A stretch of DNA of 64,000 bases, taken from positions 288,001-352,000 of the forward strand of contig CAXXGI010000003.1 of assembly GCA_963674695.2 (NCBI GenBank), in the 5' to 3' direction. The notes below the pieces were generated by a model that saw only the letters and a list, made by a program, of their open reading frames with translations, was not told the origin of the DNA and searched no databases. The translations under genes were made by a program, and so were the position numbers. This DNA comes from a bacterium. Its GTDB lineage: Bacteria; UBA10199; 2-02-FULL-44-16; JAAZCA01. Of the stretch, positions 57,978-64,000 are shown one piece after another; the first letter of the stretch is position 1, and each line of letters begins with the position of its first letter.

Positions 57978-58081
57978 TTCGACCTGCGTACCTGCGTATC
58001 GCCTGACCTTTCAACCCATTGAAATTATTTCATATTTATGCCCTGCTGCTGCCAGTAGGACGGTTATTGTAATTCAATAAC

Positions 58082-58098
58082 TGGACATATTCTGTCCA
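58082..58098. promoter_or_regulatory. Putative AbiEi operator palindrome
   Basis: TGGACA-tattc-TGTCCA, 20 nt upstream of the antitoxin start. Confidence 0.5.
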
Positions 58099-58118
58099 CG
58101 TGCCGTATTATTAGAACC

Positions 58119-58928
58119 ATGGCAGAGATACGGAACATCCAGTCGGTGACCGATTTTATCGAAGCCCTCCAGCGCAGAGGAAGCTATTCATTTACGCGGG
58201 CGCAGGTTCGGGATGCACTCTCGATGAGCGATGCGACGCTGACCAAAGCCCTCCAGCGTCTCCGTCGGGATCGGCGTGTCATGACCATCCGTCGGGGTGG
58301 ATTCTATGTGATCGTTCCGCTGGAATATCAGGACAGCGGTTCCGTTCCGGTCGATTGGTATATCGACGCCTTCATGCGATCCATCGACATGCCCTATTAT
58401 GTGGGCCTGCTTACCGCCGCGCAATATCACGGTGCGGCGCATCAGCGTCCACAGGCGTTTCAGGTGATCGTTCCCGCCCATGTGCGAGATGTGCAAACGC
58501 CGGGGGTGCGCATCCGTTTCTTTCAGAAAAAGCGGATGGATCTCGTTTGCACGCAGCCGATGCGAACGCATACCGGAGACATTCCGATTTCGACGCCTGC
58601 CTGGACGGCGATCGACCTCGTTCGTTTTTCGCGCAGGATCGGCGGCCTCGATGCCGTTGCGACGATCGTGCGCGAGCTCGCCGAACGAATCGAGCCTCAT
58701 GCCCTGGTGGAAGCGGCGGGCATCGAGCCCGAACGGGCCCATCTTCAGCGGCTTGGTTGGATTCTGGATGCAGTCGGTTTTCATTCGACGGCTGATTCCC
58801 TCGCTGGCTGGCTTGCATCACACGAACCAGGCAAGGTGTTGCTCGACCGATATGCTCCCTGTCGCGGCGCACATCGGGATCATCGCTGGCAGGTGATGGT
58901 CAATACGGAACTGGAGGTCGACCGGTGA
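58119..58928 (+). CDS. Type IV TA antitoxin, AbiEi family
   Basis: N-terminal wHTH, GFYVIVP, YYVGLLTAAQYHGAAHQ, STPxxTxxDL. Confidence 0.88.
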   Translation: MAEIRNIQSVTDFIEALQRRGSYSFTRAQVRDALSMSDATLTKALQRLRRDRRVMTIRRGGFYVIVPLEYQDSGSVPVDWYIDAFMRSIDMPYYVGLLTAAQYHGAAHQRPQAFQVIVPAHVRDVQTPGVRIRFFQKKRMDLVCTQPMRTHTGDIPISTPAWTAIDLVRFSRRIGGLDAVATIVRELAERIEPHALVEAAGIEPERAHLQRLGWILDAVGFHSTADSLAGWLASHEPGKVLLDRYAPCRGAHRDHRWQVMVNTELEVDR

Positions 58929-59716
58929 TTCCAAGGGCTGACATCCTGGAGTGGCGTGCGCGCCATCCCTGGAGCAGTGACGATCAGGTGGAGCAGGATC
59001 TCGTTATCAGTCGGGCGATCGTGGAGATATTTCGCGATTCATTTCTGTGCGAGCATCTCGCTTTTCGCGGCGGAACGGCGATGCACAAACTCTTCATTTC
59101 GGAACCGCTGCGCTATTCGGAGGATATCGATCTCGTTCAGGTGTCCACCGGGCAGATCGGCCCCATCTTCGATGCGGTGCGTATGCGCCTCGATCCTCTC
59201 CTCGGTGAACCGAAACGAGAGCTGGGGAAGGGGATTGTCAATCTGATCTATCGGTTTTCCGCCGAGGGGCCGGCGCATGTGCCGCTTCGACTCAAGATAG
59301 AGATCAACTCGCGCGAGCACTTTACGGTGCTGGGGCATGAGGATCGGCGCTTTGATGTCGATTCCCGCTGGTTCCGCGGAGGATGCGAGGTGCGCACTTA
59401 TCGCCTCGAAGAACTCCTGGGGACGAAGCTGCGCGCCCTTCATCAGCGCAAGAAGGGGCGCGATCTCTTCGATCTCTGGCTCTATTTGACGACGACAACC
59501 GTGGATGAGAGCGATATCGTTCGGTGTTTTCAGGAGTATCTCTCACGCCAACAGCTCCGTGTCAGCGCGAAGGCATTTCGGGAGAGCATGGCCGTCAAAC
59601 TGAGCCGTCCCGACTTTCGAAACGACACGCGCGATCTGTTGCGAACCGGCGTCTCCTACGATCTTGACGAGGCATGGCGCCTCGTGGACGAACGGCTCGT
59701 CGCCCACATCGATTGA
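58925..59716 (+). CDS. Type IV TA toxin, AbiEii nucleotidyltransferase
   Basis: QVEQDL, FRGGTA, RYSEDID, KxEIN, KLRAL, RDLFD; GTGA coupling. Confidence 0.92.
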   Translation: MIPRADILEWRARHPWSSDDQVEQDLVISRAIVEIFRDSFLCEHLAFRGGTAMHKLFISEPLRYSEDIDLVQVSTGQIGPIFDAVRMRLDPLLGEPKRELGKGIVNLIYRFSAEGPAHVPLRLKIEINSREHFTVLGHEDRRFDVDSRWFRGGCEVRTYRLEELLGTKLRALHQRKKGRDLFDLWLYLTTTTVDESDIVRCFQEYLSRQQLRVSAKAFRESMAVKLSRPDFRNDTRDLLRTGVSYDLDEAWRLVDERLVAHID

Positions 59717-59802
59717 ATATTTGACCAGGGGGCTTCCGATGCCGTCACCCAAAGATTCAGCTTGAATTTTAAGTAATTACGCCTATCTTAGGTCTGCGTC
59801 CA

Positions 59803-59898
59803 TCGAACCGTCGAACCGTCGAACCGTCGAACCGTCGAACCGTCGAACCGTCGAACCGTCGAACCGTCGAACCGTCGAACCATCGAACCATCGAACCA
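59803..59898. repeat. 8-mer array TCGAACC(G/A) x12
   Basis: Nine TCGAACCG then three TCGAACCA, ending 10 nt before ATG 59909. Confidence 0.95.
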
Positions 59899-59908
59899 TC
59901 GGGCGGGC

Positions 59909-60739
59909 ATGAATTTCATTCTCTCCATCATCAAGTCCTTCTTCAAGGACGATTGTGTCAACCTCGCGGCGAATATCTCCTTTTGCGCGTTGCTCTCCAT
60001 CATTCCGGTGGCCATGATCATGGTCTCGATCGCCGGCTATTTTCTCGGCGGGTCGGCCGATGCCTACGACCAGATCGTCTCGGTGGCGACCGACTTCCTG
60101 CCGGTGGGGCGCGAGGTCTTCATTAAGAACCTGCAGTCGATCCTCGATCAGCGTTCCTCGCTCGGAATCGTCGGGATGGGGTTTCTGATCTTCATCGCCA
60201 CGATTCTGCTCGCCTCCGTCGAGCGCGCGCTCGACCGGATCTTCAAATCGAGTGCGAGCCGAAACTTCTTCCACTCGCGTCTTTTGGGGATCGCGCTCAT
60301 CTTCTGGGTGACGCTGCTCTTCGCGCTCCCCACGATGGCTTCCATCCTTGAGGGTTTGCTCCATCGCTATGGCTTCGGTTTTCCGCTCTCCTCGCTCATG
60401 TCGGGGAGGGCCTACATCTTTCTGGTCTCCTTCCTCGCCTTCATCATGACCGTGGTCATCATTCCGAATCTCAAGATCTACATTCGCTATGCCGCCGTGG
60501 GTGGCCTCTTTTTCGCCGTCGGCATCGGCGTGGTCAAATATATCTTCCGGTGGTATATGCTGTTGTCGCTGGAGCGGTACAACGTCATCTACGGGACGCT
60601 GGCGACGGTGGTTACCTTTCTCGCGTGGATCTTTTACCTGGCGGTGGTCTTGCTCCTCGCCGCTGAATTTACTTCTGAATTGCAAAAGCGTATGTGGTTT
60701 CATCCGAAGCAGATGCGGAGAGAATCGAAGACGCCTTAA
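59909..60739 (+). CDS. YihY/BrkB family membrane protein
   Basis: LAANISFCALLSIIP, IYGTLA, WIFY, AEF; multiple TM helices. Confidence 0.88.
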   Translation: MNFILSIIKSFFKDDCVNLAANISFCALLSIIPVAMIMVSIAGYFLGGSADAYDQIVSVATDFLPVGREVFIKNLQSILDQRSSLGIVGMGFLIFIATILLASVERALDRIFKSSASRNFFHSRLLGIALIFWVTLLFALPTMASILEGLLHRYGFGFPLSSLMSGRAYIFLVSFLAFIMTVVIIPNLKIYIRYAAVGGLFFAVGIGVVKYIFRWYMLLSLERYNVIYGTLATVVTFLAWIFYLAVVLLLAAEFTSELQKRMWFHPKQMRRESKTP

Positions 60740-60760
60740 GGGCATCCAAAGGGGGACACC

Positions 60761-61282
60761 ATGATCGTGCGATTTGAACGGACTTCACCCGGCTATATGA
60801 TGTTTGCGGCGGCGATCGCCATCGTCTTGGGGCTCATCATGCTCTGGTATCCCGGGGGGACGATGGAGCTGATGTCGGCCGCCTTCTGGGTGGTGCAGGT
60901 GATTTTGTCGATCTTCGTCCTGACCTATACGATTTCGGAATGCATCTATCAATACCGCGCGGGGCACAAGGGGGGCGGTCTGCTCTACCTGGCCATCGGC
61001 CTGCTCGTGACGGTGCTCATCTGGCTCTTCAGCGTGGGTTTTGTCTACATGCTCATCGCGATCTTCCTTATCATCATCGGTCTTGCCGAGATCATCGGTG
61101 GCTTCCAAATGAACGTGGGCAAATACTTCCTGATCTTCCTGGGGCTCGTCAACGTGATGATCGGCGCCATCATCCTGCGCTACCCGGTGGCCTTGCCGCT
61201 CCTGATCGCCTGGTATGTCCTCTTCTGGGGAGTCTCGCGTCTCTTCTTCGCCTTTGAGCTCAAGCGCATGATGAAAGGGTGA
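60761..61282 (+). CDS. HdeD/DUF308 family membrane protein
   Basis: Two internal hydrophobic repeats (IVLGLIMLWYP / VMIGAIILRYP). Confidence 0.7.
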   Translation: MIVRFERTSPGYMMFAAAIAIVLGLIMLWYPGGTMELMSAAFWVVQVILSIFVLTYTISECIYQYRAGHKGGGLLYLAIGLLVTVLIWLFSVGFVYMLIAIFLIIIGLAEIIGGFQMNVGKYFLIFLGLVNVMIGAIILRYPVALPLLIAWYVLFWGVSRLFFAFELKRMMKG

Positions 61283-61300
61283 TTCCCTCGATGACGCTCG

Positions 61301-62119
61301 TTATTTTCTGAGGGAAGCTTTTCGCTCGAATCCAATCTGCAATTCACGCCGGATGATGGCGTAGATGTCGGCGTCCATGACGTATTCGACATGGCCGTAG
61401 TCGCCGACGTCGATGTTGACGATGTGGTCGGCGCCGTTTGGCACGGGAAGCGATGCGCTCTCGGGTGGACAGTAGCGATCCCCTCGGGCGGTGAGCGCGG
61501 CGGCATACACATCGCTCGGAATCGGGTGCGCGTCGAGTTCGCTCATGAGTGCAGATCCGGGTTCGAGCTGATCGAGCGCGTGAGAGATCCAACGCAGCGG
61601 CGTGTGGCGTGCCGCCGTCGCCAGCGGGCTGCCATGGTGGGGGCTGCCCAGCGTGACGAGCGTGTGGACATAGCGGTGGCCATCGAGCAGCGAGACCATG
61701 TAGCGACCGATGAGGCCGCCCATCGAATGGCCGACGATCGCCACGCGGGGCAGCGAAAAGGTCATCGCCAGCGATTCCAGGTGCGTCTCCACGAGCGCGG
61801 CCAGTTCATCGACGCACCGGGTGTTGAAGCGGCCCATCCACCCGCCGAGCGGAAAGATGTAGGGGGCAAACCCATCCACCAGCAGGCGTTTCTCGAGCTG
61901 TGCCAGGGTCCCTCGCGTCCCCCCCCAACCGTGCAGCAGGATCACCGGTTTTCGGCCGCGAGCGAGGATCGCAGCGTCGTCATGGTGATGACTGGCCCAG
62001 AGGCGATAGAAGTGGGCGGTATTGCGCATCCATCGCCGAAATCCATGGGGATTCTTCGGATCGTCCATGCCCCCAGTTTCCTTGAAATCAACTGTAAAGT
62101 CAAAGCGTTGCATTGACAT
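61301..62119 (-). CDS. Alpha/beta hydrolase (lipase/esterase-like)
   Basis: PVILLHG, GHSMGG, TLGSPHHGS, C-terminal GH. Confidence 0.9.
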   Translation of the reverse strand: MSMQRFDFTVDFKETGGMDDPKNPHGFRRWMRNTAHFYRLWASHHHDDAAILARGRKPVILLHGWGGTRGTLAQLEKRLLVDGFAPYIFPLGGWMGRFNTRCVDELAALVETHLESLAMTFSLPRVAIVGHSMGGLIGRYMVSLLDGHRYVHTLVTLGSPHHGSPLATAARHTPLRWISHALDQLEPGSALMSELDAHPIPSDVYAAALTARGDRYCPPESASLPVPNGADHIVNIDVGDYGHVEYVMDADIYAIIRRELQIGFERKASLRK

Positions 62120-62147
62120 CCCCCAGGGGCTCTGTTACGCACCCCCG

Positions 62148-62293
62148 GCGAGATGGCTGAATGGTGAGATGGCTGAATGGTGAGATGGCTGAATGGTGAG
62201 ATGGCCAAATAGTGAGATGGCTCAATCGCTAGATGGCTGAATGACGATCTTGTGATTGTGCCATCACGCGATTCAGCGATCTCGCTATCTCAC
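62148..62293. repeat. 8-mer (16-nt period) array x12 plus four inverted units upstream of the yfgM-like gene
   Basis: (GTGAGATG GCTGAATG)n 62148-62243; CATCACGC GATTCAGC GATCTCGC TATCTCAC 62262-62293. Confidence 0.9.
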
Positions 62294-62311
62294 CAGTTAA
62301 GGAGGTGTCCC

Positions 62312-63013
62312 ATCGCTACCTATAAACGACTTCCGCGAGGCAAGAACCGACCGCATGGCGACGAATTCGTCGATTGGACGATGCAGGTCATCACCTGGGT
62401 GCGCGAGAACTGGAAGACCAGCATCGAGATCGTGGCGGTGGCCATCGTGGCCGTTGCGGTGATCCTGGGTGCACGCGCCTATTGGACGAGTCGCTCCACC
62501 AATGGGGCCGACGCGCTCTATGCGGCCGAGCAGCTCGAAGCGGGTTCCGAGGCGCAGTTGAAAGCGCTTGCCGAGGTGGCCGATGACTATGGCCGGACGG
62601 CGGCGGGCAAGCAGGCGTTCATGCGCCTGGGCGATCTGTATCTGAGCAATCAGGCCTACGACAAGGCCCAAGGCGCCTTTCGCGATTTAGCCGGTCATAG
62701 CCGCAATACACCGATGCTTAACATCGCGGCCCTGCATCGTCTGGCCGATGCGCAATTGGCCTCGGGCGATAGCGAAGCGGCCGTGGGGACCTTTCTGAAA
62801 GCTGCGGCCGATCCCCATAATCTTCTGAAGAATACCAGTCGCCTGCGGGCGGGAGAATGTCTGGAGCGCGAGGGCAAGTATGATGAAGCGGCTTCCCTCT
62901 ATCGGCAGGTGATCGACGAATCCGGCGAGGATGATCTCGCCATTGCCCAGCGAAGCGAGGAACGACTCTTATGGCTGATCGCCAACAAACATATCGCCGT
63001 GTCAAACGGGTAG
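62312..63013 (+). CDS. YfgM-like TPR membrane protein (start uncertain, possibly ATC)
   Basis: DEF..W...N plus TM helix, then TPR-like helices; upstream of a bamB-like gene. Confidence 0.75.
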   Translation: MATYKRLPRGKNRPHGDEFVDWTMQVITWVRENWKTSIEIVAVAIVAVAVILGARAYWTSRSTNGADALYAAEQLEAGSEAQLKALAEVADDYGRTAAGKQAFMRLGDLYLSNQAYDKAQGAFRDLAGHSRNTPMLNIAALHRLADAQLASGDSEAAVGTFLKAAADPHNLLKNTSRLRAGECLEREGKYDEAASLYRQVIDESGEDDLAIAQRSEERLLWLIANKHIAVSNG

Positions 63014-64000
63014 CGAGTGCCGGCGTTGCGCTCATCTCCCTGGTGCTCGTGCTCGCTTCGTCGGCAGGGGCGACGCAGTGGCAGCCGAAACGGCATTTTC
63101 TGAGCTGGGAATCGCTCAATCGCCCCGAGGAGTATCGTCGGTTGAAGCAGTATACGCAGCCGACGCGCCGCTTCGATCTCACGCGTGGGCGGGTGGTGAA
63201 GCTCAAGCCCAGCACGGTTTGGAACCGTCGTCCCTTTCAGTTTTCGACGCCGTTGGTGGATGGGCGAAACCTGTATGTGGGCGTCGACGCCGGTTTCTTC
63301 TATTGCATCGATACGCAGGTGGGCGCGAAGCGCTGGACAGCCAAGACCGAGGGAGGCGTGCAGGCAAAAGCGGCGCTCGCAGATGGCAGTATCTATGTCG
63401 GCGATGTGAAGGCGATCGTCTATGCCCTTGATGCGAGCACGGGGCAGGAGCGTTGGCGCACGCGCGTCGATACCGAGATGCTGGCGACGCCGCTCGTGCA
63501 TGGGGATCGACTCTACATCTATACCATGTCCGGGCGCCTCTACGCCCTCGATCGAGCGAGCGGCATCGAGATCTGGCATACGCAGTCGCACGAGCGTAAC
63601 ATCGGGTTTTCGGTGCGCCATGCGGCGACCCCCTTTCTCTTGAACGGTTCGATCTATGTCGGCACGTCGTCGGGTATGCTCATCGCCTTCGACGAGGCCG
63701 ATGGTTCCATTCGGTGGGTGCGACAGTTGGGCGGGCGACAGAGCGTGGTGGCCGATGTCGACAGCACCCCGATTCTGGTCAATGGACTCGTCACCGTGAC
63801 CACGGTCGATGGCGAGCTCTTCAGCGTCGAACCTCAGAGCGGTGCGATCGTCTGGTCGATCGGGGTCGGCGGGCCGAACAATCTTCTCTCTCATGAGGGC
63901 CGTCTCTACGTGAGCAGCTCCGGCGTCGTCTCAGCCCTCGATCCGGTGACGGGCGGACTGCTCTGGCAGCAGGATCTCGAGGTGCCGGGCACATCAGCGG
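62971..64000 (+). CDS. PQQ-repeat beta-propeller protein, BamB-like (runs off the window)
   Basis: Manual translation from ATG 62971: signal peptide, repeated YALDASTGQERW / YALDRASGIEIW blades; not in the ORF track because there is no stop in the window. Confidence 0.85.
   Translation, partial: MADRQQTYRRVKRVASAGVALISLVLVLASSAGATQWQPKRHFLSWESLNRPEEYRRLKQYTQPTRRFDLTRGRVVKLKPSTVWNRRPFQFSTPLVDGRNLYVGVDAGFFYCIDTQVGAKRWTAKTEGGVQAKAALADGSIYVGDVKAIVYALDASTGQERWRTRVDTEMLATPLVHGDRLYIYTMSGRLYALDRASGIEIWHTQSHERNIGFSVRHAATPFLLNGSIYVGTSSGMLIAFDEADGSIRWVRQLGGRQSVVADVDSTPILVNGLVTVTTVDGELFSVEPQSGAIVWSIGVGGPNNLLSHEGRLYVSSSGVVSALDPVTGGLLWQQDLEVPGTSA

Noticed and set aside
59803-59898. CRISPR array (also considered for the other tandem arrays)
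   Set aside because: Units are 7-9 nt and head-to-tail, with no unique spacers and no cas genes.

Overview
A chromosomal window (about 60% GC) from a Gram-negative bacterium; gene content and order look deltaproteobacterial (inference). The housekeeping backbone is infB-rbfA-nrnA-truB, rpsO-pnp, coaE/CCA-adding enzyme/SurA-like, mreBCD-mrdA-rodA, trxA, tRNA-Val, thrS-infC-rpmI-rplT-pheST-ihfA-MerR, tRNA-Pro, cysE-mnmA, mtaB-rnc, pyk, asnA-era, tRNA-Met, der and yfgM-bamB-like. Many orphan, secreted or hydrolytic genes are interspersed. Two window-wide patterns stand out. (1) A promoter-like motif, GCAAC-N14-nnCGA(T/A)A(A/C), has sigma28/FliA geometry with a variant -35. It lies just upstream of 10 scattered accessory genes: a serpin, a zinc protease that appears to carry its propeptide C-terminally, a DUF1460 amidase, a dispersed paralog pair, three lipoproteins and two orphans. 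This suggests a dispersed alternative-sigma regulon. (2) Twelve short tandem arrays of 7-, 8- or 9-nt units sit at gene junctions, mostly in essential operons, and often as a forward array plus a reverse-complement array. Also present are TGTCAT-type palindromic elements, an AbiE type IV toxin-antitoxin pair and a sigma54-type two-gene secreted locus. No CRISPR array, rRNA, transposase or prophage was recognised. All family calls come from motif recognition by eye, not database searches.
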